DNA of 64,000 nt from an uncultured Thermoleophilia bacterium (GTDB taxonomy: Bacteria; Actinomycetota; Thermoleophilia; UBA2241), in contig CAZHMG010000001.1 in assembly GCA_964533575.1 (NCBI GenBank), positions 11,385 to 75,384 of the forward strand, read 5' to 3'. Below the pieces are notes generated by a model. The model did not search any database, was not told the origin of the DNA, and worked only from the letters and a program-made list of their open reading frames with translations. Positions 38,700 through 47,416 of the stretch are shown here, one piece after another. Made by a program: the position numbers and the translations under genes. Each line of letters opens with the position of its first letter. Positions within the stretch are counted from its first letter, which is position 1.

Positions 38700-41339
38700 C
38701 TACTTGAGCGATACCAGCACGACGTGCTCCACGCCGTCGCCGAGGTCGACGCGCAGCTGATAGGTGCCCGCGGTCAGCCCCTTGGTGCCCCAGTTGAAGA
38801 CGTACTGCCCGCTCAAAGGGTCATAGCGGAAGAGGTTGCCCGTCGTCGCGGCGCCGGTGCTGACCGCCTCCACGGTGTCGCCCACGATCCCGCTGGACAC
38901 CTTCGCGTAGTAAAACTTGGCCACGAGGTCCGTGATGCCCGCGCTGTCTCCCGTGAGGGCGAACCTGACGGGCACGGTGCTCTTCAGCTTGAAGACGGAC
39001 GAGTCGTCGGCGTTGATCGGCTGGAGGAAACCCGACCAGCTGATCGTGGGTGCCACGAATGGCGTCACCGTCACCGTGAAGCTGCCGCCGGCCTTGTTGC
39101 CGGCGCTGTCGGTCGCCGTGCAGTTCACCGTGGTGGCGCCCACCGGGAAGGTCGAGCCCGAGGCCGGGTCGCAGCTCACTGCGACGGCACCATCGACAGC
39201 ATCGTTGGCGGTCGCCGTGAACTCAACGACGGCGCCGACGGCGCCGGCCGCCTCGACCGTCATGTCTTCAGGCAGGTGCAGGACGGGAGCCGCGTCGACG
39301 ATCGTCACCGTGAAGCTGCCGGTCGTCGTGTTGCCGGACCCGTCGGTCGCGCTGCAGTTCACGGTGTTGGTGCCCACCGGGAAGGTCGAGCCGGAGGCTG
39401 GGTCGCAGGTCACGGCGAGGGACGCGCCGTTCGCATCTTTCGCCGTCGCCGTGAACTCGACGACGGCGCCGTCGGCGCTCGTCGCCTCAACGGTCATGTC
39501 GTCGGGCAGATGAAGGACCGGCGCCACGACTATCACCGCTTCGATCGACACGTAGGTCGTTGACTGGCCGAAGAAGGGGACTGCAATCCCGTCCGTGATC
39601 ACATTCGCTGTGGCGCCGTGGGGGTCGACCGCCAACGTGTCGTAGCCTTCCCCACCGTCCACGAAGATGGTACCGCGGGCGAGCGCGGAGATGTCGAAGC
39701 GGTTGTCTCCATGCCCGCCGATCAATCTGACGCCCTCGATGTTGCCGAGGAACGTCCCCACGCCTGCCTGGTCTCTGCCTTCGATCCAGGTGAGGCCGCT
39801 GTCCGTCAGGGCGAAGTCGGAGTCGCACGTCTCGACGATCGTGTCGGCTTCGCCGCCGGTGCTCGGTTCGGTGATCGTGTTGGTCCCTGGTCCACCCGTG
39901 TACTGGTCGTTGCCGCCGTAACCGTACATGGCGTCGTCGCCGGCGCCGCCGATCAACACGTCGGCGCCGGTCCCGCCCCTGAGCACGTCGTTCCCGGGAC
40001 CGCCGTCGAACACCGCCCGGCCGGTGAACATTGGGGCGCTCAGCGTGTTGTTCCCCGACCCACCGGTCAGGCTCGCGACTTCGATCCCCGAGAGGGTATC
40101 GTCGTCCTCCGCCCCGATGGTCAGGCTCGTGTTGGCCAAGGTGAAGTTCGCGTCGCGGGTCTCGACCACCGTGTCGATCCCGGCCCCGCCGGTGATGGTG
40201 TCTCCGCCCGGTCCGCCGGACATGGCGTCGTCTCCGGCGCCGCCGATCAACTCTTCGGCGCCGGTCCCACCCCTGAGCGTGTCGTTCCCGGCGCCGCCGT
40301 CGAGTACTACAGCGCCGGTGAAGCTCAAAACGGTCAGGCTATTGTTTCCCGATCCGCCGGTCAGGTGGGCCGCCTCGATCGAAGAAAGGGTGTCCTCGCT
40401 CACCCCGTCAATGGCCAGGCTCGTGTTGGTCAAGGCGAAGTCCGCGTCGCGGGTCTCGGCCACCGTGTCGGTCCCGAAGCCGCCGTCCATGGCGTCGTCG
40501 CCGGCGCCGCCGATCAACGCGTCGTCGCCGGTCCCACCCCTGAGCACGTCGTTCCCGGGACCTCCATCGAGGTCCGCCTGACCGGTGAACATTGAGGCGC
40601 TCAGCGTGTTGTTCCCCGGCCCTCCAGTCAGCCGCGCAGCTTGGATCCCGCGGAGGGTGTCGTTGCCCTCTGCCCCGATTGTCAGACTCGTATTGCTCAA
40701 CGTGATGTTCGCATCGCGCGTCTCGACAAGAGTGTCGACGCCGCCGCCTCCGGTGATATTGTCCGTGCCTTGTCCACCGGTGAAGACGTTATCGCTGTCA
40801 TTGCCCGTGAGGGTGTCGTTGCCGACACCGCCGATCACGTTCTGGATGTTGCTGACACCGCTCGTCGCTGGGGTGGCCGCGCCCAAACCGAGGTTGACGT
40901 TTACCCCCGTGGTGAGCGCCGAGAAGTCCAGCGTGTCGGTGCCCGCGCCGCCGTTGATCGTCCCGCTGACCGCGCCTCCTGCGAAGCCGAAGGTGTCGTC
41001 GCCGGCGCCGCCGACCAGATAGCCGATCCCGCTGAAGGTGATGCTGCTGTAGCCCGCGACGGTGATCGTGCCGGCATTCGCCCCGGTCAGGCTCCAGGTC
41101 GTGGTCGCGGCGATGTCGACAACGACCATGTCGGACCCGGCGCCGACAATGGTGGCGACGTCGTAGTGAATCACCCCGCCGATATCCCGGTAATCGGGCG
41201 TGGCGTTCCCGTTCGCATCGACGACCGTGAACGCGGGGGCGGCGGCCGACGCCTGCGGGGCGCCGACCAATGCAGCGACCCCCAACGCCAGCGCCGCCAG
41301 GGCCGTCAGCAGGACGCCCCTGTACCTGTGGTTGCTCAT
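38700..41339 (-). CDS. Secreted RTX-like Ca-binding repeat protein with two HYR domains and C-terminal PxKF domain
   Basis: Sec signal peptide; many GGxGxD nonapeptides in about 90-aa tandem units; two HYR repeats (CDPASGSTFPVG...VNC); FLQPIN...STVPVRF...YVFNW. Confidence 0.87.
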   Translation of the reverse strand: MSNHRYRGVLLTALAALALGVAALVGAPQASAAAPAFTVVDANGNATPDYRDIGGVIHYDVATIVGAGSDMVVVDIAATTTWSLTGANAGTITVAGYSSITFSGIGYLVGGAGDDTFGFAGGAVSGTINGGAGTDTLDFSALTTGVNVNLGLGAATPATSGVSNIQNVIGGVGNDTLTGNDSDNVFTGGQGTDNITGGGGVDTLVETRDANITLSNTSLTIGAEGNDTLRGIQAARLTGGPGNNTLSASMFTGQADLDGGPGNDVLRGGTGDDALIGGAGDDAMDGGFGTDTVAETRDADFALTNTSLAIDGVSEDTLSSIEAAHLTGGSGNNSLTVLSFTGAVVLDGGAGNDTLRGGTGAEELIGGAGDDAMSGGPGGDTITGGAGIDTVVETRDANFTLANTSLTIGAEDDDTLSGIEVASLTGGSGNNTLSAPMFTGRAVFDGGPGNDVLRGGTGADVLIGGAGDDAMYGYGGNDQYTGGPGTNTITEPSTGGEADTIVETCDSDFALTDSGLTWIEGRDQAGVGTFLGNIEGVRLIGGHGDNRFDISALARGTIFVDGGEGYDTLAVDPHGATANVITDGIAVPFFGQSTTYVSIEAVIVVAPVLHLPDDMTVEATSADGAVVEFTATAKDANGASLAVTCDPASGSTFPVGTNTVNCSATDGSGNTTTGSFTVTIVDAAPVLHLPEDMTVEAAGAVGAVVEFTATANDAVDGAVAVSCDPASGSTFPVGATTVNCTATDSAGNKAGGSFTVTVTPFVAPTISWSGFLQPINADDSSVFKLKSTVPVRFALTGDSAGITDLVAKFYYAKVSSGIVGDTVEAVSTGAATTGNLFRYDPLSGQYVFNWGTKGLTAGTYQLRVDLGDGVEHVVLVSLK

Positions 41340-41707
41340 AATGCCCCCGCCTTTCCCATCTCATTCGGCCCCTGCCCCGCCCCATCGGCGATGAGCGCCG
41401 CCAGCGCGTCGGCAGAGAGTTCACGGTACTGGCGGCCCGTCCAGAGCCGCACCAGGTTCACATCAGGGCTGATGCCGAGCACCAGCAGGTCCGGGTCGTT
41501 CTCGAGCAGACGGAAGCATGCCTCCGGATAACCGTTCTCGATGTCGAAAAGGACGACGTCCGGGCGGCACGCCCGCAGCTCGTCGGCGCCGAGCTGCGGC
41601 GCCGGGAGCCGGATCAGCTCGAATTCAGACGCCCGATCAAGGCTCGCGCCTACACTGCCGAGCACGATCGAGTCGCCGTACAGAAGGATGCGCCGCTGCT
41701 CGCTCAT
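41336..41707 (-). CDS. Small degenerate receiver-like protein
   Basis: 123 aa; RILLYGDS...RPDVVLFDI...LLVLGIS follows the REC beta-alpha pattern; GGAGG RBS; ATGA overlap with the RTX gene. Confidence 0.65.
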   Translation of the reverse strand: MSEQRRILLYGDSIVLGSVGASLDRASEFELIRLPAPQLGADELRACRPDVVLFDIENGYPEACFRLLENDPDLLVLGISPDVNLVRLWTGRQYRELSADALAALIADGAGQGPNEMGKAGAL

Positions 41708-41768
41708 GGCCTCGCCTCCGCAGGATGCGTCTACTGCACACAACTCTCCGGCAGGCGGGGCCGCCGCA

Positions 41769-41812
41769 CAATGTCCCGCGGGACAGTCGTGGGACAGTCT
41801 CGGGGGACAGTC
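41769..41812. promoter_or_regulatory. Regulator binding site: 20-bp palindrome plus two extra half-sites
   Basis: CAATGTCCCGCGGGACAGTC (41769-41788), GGGACAGTC (41791-41799) and GGGACAGTC (41804-41812). Confidence 0.72.
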
Positions 41813-41932
41813 GTGGATACGCCTGGAGACCTCGACTCATGTGACGATCCTGAAGCCTGAGCGTCTTTCCTGCCCCAACCGGGTAGCAATGCCTTTTCGG
41901 CTTACGCAAAACACGGCACGGGAGCGTTGATC

Positions 41933-42274
41933 ATGCATGTACGACTGGTACGGTTCGAGGGCGGGACTCCCGAAGCCATCCTCGCCGAAACGGAAGAGAT
42001 ACGACGCGACGTCGACGCGATCAAGCGCCATCAACCGACGTCCTACTTCTCCAGGGAGCTGATGGGGCTCACAAGCCGCATGCGGGTGTTCGTGAACCGC
42101 GAGCAAGGCTCTGTCGCGATCCTGTTCTTCTCCGACAGCGCGGCCAACGCGGCCGAGATAGACCGGATCCTGGACGCAATGGCGCCGAGGCACGAGGGCT
42201 TCGGACGGCGGGTATCCAGGGACATCTACGAAGTCGTGCTGGACGAGGGGCTGCGCATGAGTCAGGCGGCGTAG
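41933..42274 (+). CDS. Hypothetical protein (small alpha/beta, possibly dimeric alpha-beta barrel-like)
   Basis: GGAG RBS, normal codon usage, MHVRLVRFEG...DIYEV pattern; fills the gap between minus-strand genes. Confidence 0.65.
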   Translation: MHVRLVRFEGGTPEAILAETEEIRRDVDAIKRHQPTSYFSRELMGLTSRMRVFVNREQGSVAILFFSDSAANAAEIDRILDAMAPRHEGFGRRVSRDIYEVVLDEGLRMSQAA

Positions 42275-42370
42275 GCCGGAGCGAGAGGTTCGCCCCGCCC
42301 CCGGGACACGGCGCGAAACGCAGCGCATGGCCGGCGAGCCGGCCGGACCGCGGGTTCCTCCATCAGAGAC

Positions 42371-42406
42371 GACGCCGGCGCCGCCGTGATCGGCGGCGCC
42401 GGCGTC
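42371..42406 (-). terminator. Hairpin terminator, copy 1 of 3
   Basis: 16-bp stem GACGCCGGCGCCGCCG-tgat-CGGCGGCGCCGGCGTC. Confidence 0.72.
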
Positions 42407-42438
42407 TGCTGCAACGTGGGACTGATCCCGACTCTAGC

Positions 42439-43605
42439 TCAGGGCATCACCTTCTCCAGCTTCTCGATGCCCAGCAGCCAACGGTCCGCCGTCTCGACCG
42501 GGATGGCCTTGCCCGACTGGGCCTTGATCTCGCTCCCCGTGGCGTGGAGGAGGTTCGCGGTCGTCTTGTAGGCACCCCGCTGGTATGCCGCCCTGGCGGC
42601 CAGCAGCTTCGCCTTCAGCGACGCCTTGAGGCCTGCGGGCAGCGTGACGTGCTCCTGCACGCCGAGGGCCAGATCCTGTGTCGCCGAAGCGATGCTCCCG
42701 CCGTCGGCGTCGACCGCCATGATGTTGACGCCCGCCGCGAAGAGGGTTGGGTTCGCCTCGGTGCCATCGGTCCTGATCTTCCCGATGTAGTTCATCTCTC
42801 CCATGTAGCCTCTGGTCCAGTAGATGTAGTGGTTGTACGCGTTGAACGTCCCCCCGAGGAACGACTGGCCGGTGATCCAGTCCTTGTTGAGGTGCAGTGA
42901 CCAGATGAGTCCGGAGGGCGTCTCTCCCCGACCTATCGTGCCCGCGTACGTCGAGAAGTAGAAGTAGGGTGATCCGACCCAGAGATCGCCGACGCCGTAC
43001 CACATTCGGCTTTCGGGAATCCACCAATCGTCGAACAGGACCTCTTTGTCGGTGCCGTCCGTCTTGGCGCGCGCGACGTGGCGCCCCGAGATGTTGGGCT
43101 CGTCGTACGACCAGTAGATGTGGTTGTCGTAGACGGCCAGTCCGTACGCACGCGTGCTGATCACGTTCTGGTTCACCTCGGTGCCGTCGACCCTCGCCCG
43201 GCCGATGCTCGAGCCGTCGTTGGTCCAGTAGAGGTGCGAGACACCGACGTCGATCTTCTGGGGATACCGGCATCCCGTGATGAAGCTCTGGTTGACCTCG
43301 GTCCCGTCGATTCTGGCCCGGCCGATGGTCCCGCCAAGGTAGTTCGTCCAGTAGATGTACCCCCCGCCGACCGTGACGCCCATCGCCTCGTTGCAGCCCG
43401 TGATGAAGTTCATGTCGACGCCGCTGCCGTCGTTGTTGGCGCGCCCGATGGCGTCCTCCGTCATATTGCTGCGCGTCCAGTAGACGAAAGCATCGGCCGG
43501 CGGCGCCAGCACCGCCGGCAGCAGGAGCGCCGCCGCAAGGATGGTGAACGCCAGCACCGCCCGCAGGCGCCATCCGTCCCCTAAGAATGTCGATACACTG
43601 CCCAT
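42439..43605 (-). CDS. Secreted YWTD-like beta-propeller protein with C-terminal FIMAH-like domain (paralog 1)
   Basis: Signal peptide ending ADA; repeats YWTN...IGRARIDGT; C-terminal LPAGLKASLKAKL...AQSGKAIP. Start set at ATG 43605. Confidence 0.82.
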   Translation of the reverse strand: MGSVSTFLGDGWRLRAVLAFTILAAALLLPAVLAPPADAFVYWTRSNMTEDAIGRANNDGSGVDMNFITGCNEAMGVTVGGGYIYWTNYLGGTIGRARIDGTEVNQSFITGCRYPQKIDVGVSHLYWTNDGSSIGRARVDGTEVNQNVISTRAYGLAVYDNHIYWSYDEPNISGRHVARAKTDGTDKEVLFDDWWIPESRMWYGVGDLWVGSPYFYFSTYAGTIGRGETPSGLIWSLHLNKDWITGQSFLGGTFNAYNHYIYWTRGYMGEMNYIGKIRTDGTEANPTLFAAGVNIMAVDADGGSIASATQDLALGVQEHVTLPAGLKASLKAKLLAARAAYQRGAYKTTANLLHATGSEIKAQSGKAIPVETADRWLLGIEKLEKVMP

Positions 43606-43654
43606 GTGCCTCTCCCCCAATCCCTTCTGCCCGCCCTTGATGCCGTGTGTATCG

Positions 43655-43732
43655 AGTCTATGAGCGGCTGGGCGCTCATACAATGTCCGCAGCGACAGTG
43701 CGCGGACTCAGCGACTGTCCCTTCGGACAGTC
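43655..43732 (-). promoter_or_regulatory. Promoter with two palindromic regulator sites
   Basis: Minus strand TTGTAT-N17-TAGACT; sites CAATGTCCGCAGCGACAGTG (43681-43700, overlapping the -35) and GACTGTCCCTTCGGACAGTC (43713-43732). Confidence 0.72.
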
Positions 43733-43791
43733 ATGCTTCACCAGGCGCACCGATGGTCACTCTGACGTGGGATACAGGAGGGCGAATGACA

Positions 43792-43825
43792 GAGCCGGCG
43801 CCGCCGTGAACGGCGGCGCCGGCTC
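43792..43825 (-). terminator. Hairpin terminator, copy 2 of 3
   Basis: GAGCCGGCGCCGCCG-tgaa-CGGCGGCGCCGGCTC. Confidence 0.72.
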
Positions 43826-43836
43826 GCTGTGCATTA

Positions 43837-45027
43837 TCAGGCGGAAGGCGACCCTGCCTCAGGCACCACCTTCTCCAGTCTCTCGAGTACGAGCAGCCAG
43901 CGCTCGGCCGTCTCGGCCGGGATGCCCTTGCCGGCCTGGGCCTTGATCTCATTGGCCGTCGCCTTGAGGGTGTTCAGCGTCGTCTTGTAGGCGCCCCGCT
44001 CGTACGCCGCCTTGGCGGCGAGCAGCTTCGCCTTCAGCGACGCCCTGAGGCCGGCGGGCAGCGTCGCGTGCTCCTGCACGCCGAGGGCCAGGACCTGCGT
44101 CGCCGTGGCGGCGCTCCCGCCGTCCACGGCGACGTCCAGTGCGGATTCGCCCGCGGCGAACAGTTGCGGATTTGCTCTTGTTCCGTCGGTCTTGACCTTG
44201 CCGACGTAGTTCATCTCACCGGGGACGCCGTTCCAGCCCGTGATCCAGTAGATGTAGCCCTCGTACGCATCAAACGTGCCGCCGAGGTCCGGCTGCCCGG
44301 CGATGTGATCCCCGTCGAGGTGCAGCGACCAGATGAGCCCCGAGGGCGTCTCCCCACGGCCTATGTAGTCGCCGCTCGTGTAGTAGAAGTAGGGCGACCC
44401 GACCCAGACCGCACCAAGGCCGCCGTTATCCCTGGTGAACAGAATCTCCTGATCGCTGCCGTCCGTCTTCGCCCAGGAAAGACACATCTTCGACGTGACG
44501 TAGGGTTTGTAGTACGTCCAGTAGATGTGGTTGTCGTAGACGGCAAGCCCCGTCGCGTGCGTGCTGATCACGTCCTGGTTCACCTCGGTGCCGTCGACCC
44601 TTGCCCGGGCGATGCTGGGATGGCCGCCGTACGGGTCCCAATTGGTCCAGTAGACGTGAGAGACGCCGACATCGATGATACTGGGATACCTGCAGCCGGT
44701 GATGAACGACTGGTTGACCTCGGAGCCGTCGATCTTGGCCCGTCCGATGGTGCCGCCCTGCAGGTTGGCCCAGTAGATGTACCCCCCGCCGACCGTGACG
44801 CCTTTCACTCCGACGCAGCCGGTGATGAAGTTCATGTCGACGGCGCTGCCGTCATTATTGGCGCGCCCGATGGCGTCCTCCGTCAGGTTGCTGCGCGTCC
44901 AGTAGATGAAGGCGTCGGCAGGCGGCGCCAGCACCGCCGGCAGCAGGAGCGCCGCCGTGAGGATGGCGAGCGCCAGAGCCCCCCGCAACCGCCATCCGCC
45001 CCCGAAGAATGTCGATACATCGCCCAT
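43837..45027 (-). CDS. Secreted YWTD-like beta-propeller protein with FIMAH-like domain (paralog 2)
   Basis: Same architecture as paralog 1, with high visible identity. Start set at ATG 45027. Confidence 0.82.
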   Translation of the reverse strand: MGDVSTFFGGGWRLRGALALAILTAALLLPAVLAPPADAFIYWTRSNLTEDAIGRANNDGSAVDMNFITGCVGVKGVTVGGGYIYWANLQGGTIGRAKIDGSEVNQSFITGCRYPSIIDVGVSHVYWTNWDPYGGHPSIARARVDGTEVNQDVISTHATGLAVYDNHIYWTYYKPYVTSKMCLSWAKTDGSDQEILFTRDNGGLGAVWVGSPYFYYTSGDYIGRGETPSGLIWSLHLDGDHIAGQPDLGGTFDAYEGYIYWITGWNGVPGEMNYVGKVKTDGTRANPQLFAAGESALDVAVDGGSAATATQVLALGVQEHATLPAGLRASLKAKLLAAKAAYERGAYKTTLNTLKATANEIKAQAGKGIPAETAERWLLVLERLEKVVPEAGSPSA

Positions 45028-45076
45028 GTGCCTCTCCCCCAATCCTTCTGCCCGCCCTTGGTGCCGTGATGCATCG

Positions 45077-45154
45077 AGTCTACGAGCGGTGCCGGCGTCC
45101 GCACAATGTCCGCAGCGACAGTTCCCCGTTTGCAGACTGTCCCTCGGGACAGTC
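45077..45154 (-). promoter_or_regulatory. Promoter with two palindromic regulator sites
   Basis: TTGTGC-N18-TAGACT; sites CAATGTCCGCAGCGACAGTT (45104-45123) and the perfect GACTGTCCCTCGGGACAGTC (45135-45154). Confidence 0.75.
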
Positions 45155-45277
45155 GTGCATCATCCCGATGTGAACGAAGCAAGCATCCTTCCTTGGCCGC
45201 TGTCGAATGCCAGTGCGGGGACCGGCATAGGGGGCAGCATTCCGTCTCTGACGGCCGGCACAGGAAAGCGAATGACA

Positions 45278-45314
45278 GAGCCGGCGCCGGCGCCGTGAGC
45301 GGCGGCGCCGGCTC
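45278..45314 (-). terminator. Hairpin terminator, copy 3 of 3
   Basis: GAGCCGGCGCCG...CGGCGCCGGCTC, homologous to copies 1 and 2. Confidence 0.68.
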
Positions 45315-45321
45315 GTGGCCG

Positions 45322-46497
45322 TCAGGCGGAAGGTGATCCTGCCTCGGGCACCACCTTCTGCAGTCGCTCAAGCACGAGCAGCCAGCGCTCCGCCGTCTCG
45401 GTGGGAATGGCCTTGCCCGACTGGGCCTTGATCTCGTTGGCCGTCGCGTGGAGCACGTTCAGCGTCGTCTTGTAGGCGCCCCGCTCGTAGGCCGCCCTGG
45501 CGGCCAGCAGCTTGGCTTTCAGCGACGCCTTGAGGCCGGCGGGCAGCGCGACGTGCTCCTGGACGTCGAGGGCCAGGTCCTGCGTCGCCGCGGCGACGCT
45601 GCCGCCGTCGGCGTCGACCCCCCTGACACCCACGCCCGCGGCCAGGAGTGTCGGATTGGCGCTGAACCCGTCGGTCCTGACCACGCCGATGTAGTTCATC
45701 TCTCCGGGAACGCCGTTGTACCCCGTGATCCAGAAGATGTGCCCGTCATGCACAGTGAATGGCGAGCCGAGGTTGGGCTGATTCTTGATCCAGGTCCTGT
45801 AGATGGGTCCCGACGGCAGCTGTCCTACGCCGATCGCGTCGCCCGTCCCGACGTAGAAGTAGTCGTCCGACATGACCTGGATGGGGCCGAGGTCGTAGTC
45901 CTGGAGCAGCTTCTCTTGCTGGCTGCCGTCGGCCGCGGCGCGGGCCATCCAGATCGCGCCCGTGTTGACGTTCGGCAGGGAGTACGTCCAGTAGATGTGG
46001 CCGTTGTAGTAGGAAAGCCCTACCGCATGCGTGCTGATCAGGTTCTGATTCACCTCGGTGCCGTCCACCCTCGCCCGGGCGATGGTGGAATTGCCGTGCG
46101 GGTCCCAGTTGGTCCAGTAGATGTCGGAGGGGCCGACGGCGATGTGGTCTGGGTACCTGCAACCGGTGATGAACTGTTGGTTGACCTGGGTCCCGTCGAT
46201 CCTGGCCCGCCCGATTGAGTGGCTGCGCATGTTGGTCCAGTAGATCCAGCCGCCGCTGACCGTGACGCCGCTCGCTCCGCTGCAGCCCGTGATGAAGTAC
46301 GGGTCGACCGCGCTGCCGTTGTTGTTGGCGCGCCCGATGCAGTCCTCCTGCATGTTCTGCCGAGTCCAGTAGACGAACGCGTCGGCCGGCGGCGGCAGCA
46401 CCGCCGGCAGCAGGAGCGCCGGCATGAGGATGGCGGCTGCCAGCAACGCCCGCAGCCGCCATCCATGTGTGAAACGATCCTTCGCTACGTGGTCCAT
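45322..46497 (-). CDS. Secreted YWTD-like beta-propeller protein with FIMAH-like domain (paralog 3)
   Basis: Same architecture as paralogs 1 and 2. Start set at ATG 46497 after GGAGGGGAG. Confidence 0.82.
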   Translation of the reverse strand: MDHVAKDRFTHGWRLRALLAAAILMPALLLPAVLPPPADAFVYWTRQNMQEDCIGRANNNGSAVDPYFITGCSGASGVTVSGGWIYWTNMRSHSIGRARIDGTQVNQQFITGCRYPDHIAVGPSDIYWTNWDPHGNSTIARARVDGTEVNQNLISTHAVGLSYYNGHIYWTYSLPNVNTGAIWMARAAADGSQQEKLLQDYDLGPIQVMSDDYFYVGTGDAIGVGQLPSGPIYRTWIKNQPNLGSPFTVHDGHIFWITGYNGVPGEMNYIGVVRTDGFSANPTLLAAGVGVRGVDADGGSVAAATQDLALDVQEHVALPAGLKASLKAKLLAARAAYERGAYKTTLNVLHATANEIKAQSGKAIPTETAERWLLVLERLQKVVPEAGSPSA

Positions 46498-46536
46498 GGC
46501 TCTCCCCTCCATCCCGCTGCCCACCTCACCACATCG

Positions 46537-46606
46537 AGTCTACGAGCGGTGCCGGCGCCCGCACAATGTCCGCAGCGACAGTTGCCCACTGTCCCTCGGG
46601 ACAGTC
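46537..46606 (-). promoter_or_regulatory. Promoter with two palindromic regulator sites
   Basis: TTGTGC-N18-TAGACT; sites CAATGTCCGCAGCGACAGTT (46564-46583) and CACTGTCCCTCGGGACAGTC (46587-46606). Confidence 0.75.
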
Positions 46607-46636
46607 ATGCGCGAGCGGCGACGAAGCCTCTCCTGC

Positions 46637-47245
46637 TTACGGCCGCCGTCCCGTGAGCCCGAGCAGGCGATCCTGGAGGGGCGCGTCGTCCGGGACCTCG
46701 ACCTCGGAGCCGAACACGCCGATCTGCCGCCATTCGTCGGCGTGCGGCTCGACGATCTCCCAGACGGCCTGCACCAGATCGTCGGGCAAGTCGCTGTCGA
46801 TGCCGATCGCCTTGGCGATGTCGTAGGCGCGCATCGCACGGAACAGGATCGCATGCCACAGCGCCTCGCGGGCCGTGTAGTCACCGTAGGAGTAGTGGAC
46901 GGTGCGGTCGTCCAGGTCCGACTCGTCGAGGTCCTGCACGGCTTGGATCGACTTCTGCACGAGCTCCGCGAAGCGATCCTTCGGCGCGTCCCCGAGCAGC
47001 TCGTTGTCGAGCGCACCGCCGAACGCATCCGGCCCGGCCTCGTCCATCATCATGCCGGCCATCATGGTCGGGATCCACGCCTCGTCGTAGGCCTGGTAGT
47101 CGAGGATCTCGCGCAGCGTGTAGGTGCGATCGCCTCTGGTGGGAAAGCCGTCCGGCAGCTGCATCTCCCACTGATCATCGCGGATCTGGCCGACGACGGC
47201 CTCCAAGGTTCGATCGGCTCGAATGAATGTCTGTCTCTCGTCCAT
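46637..47245 (-). CDS. TIGR03086-like DinB/MDMPI superfamily protein
   Basis: DDQW...PT...TLREIL N-terminus, YDIAKAIG and C-terminal PDDAPLQDRLLGLTGRRP typical of the family; the usual metal His residues look substituted. Confidence 0.75.
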   Translation of the reverse strand: MDERQTFIRADRTLEAVVGQIRDDQWEMQLPDGFPTRGDRTYTLREILDYQAYDEAWIPTMMAGMMMDEAGPDAFGGALDNELLGDAPKDRFAELVQKSIQAVQDLDESDLDDRTVHYSYGDYTAREALWHAILFRAMRAYDIAKAIGIDSDLPDDLVQAVWEIVEPHADEWRQIGVFGSEVEVPDDAPLQDRLLGLTGRRP

Positions 47246-47416
47246 CGTGCGCCTCCTTCACCGGCCAACGGCTTCTCTCGAAGAAAACGGTTCCCCGAAG
47301 GCGAACATGGAGAAGCATACGATGGTCTCGTTGCCGTCCCGCAGGGCCGGCGAGACGCCCGATAGCGAAGCTTCCCGTTGAAGCGAAACGGTTCGTCGTG
47401 CGGTGAGAGGACGTGC

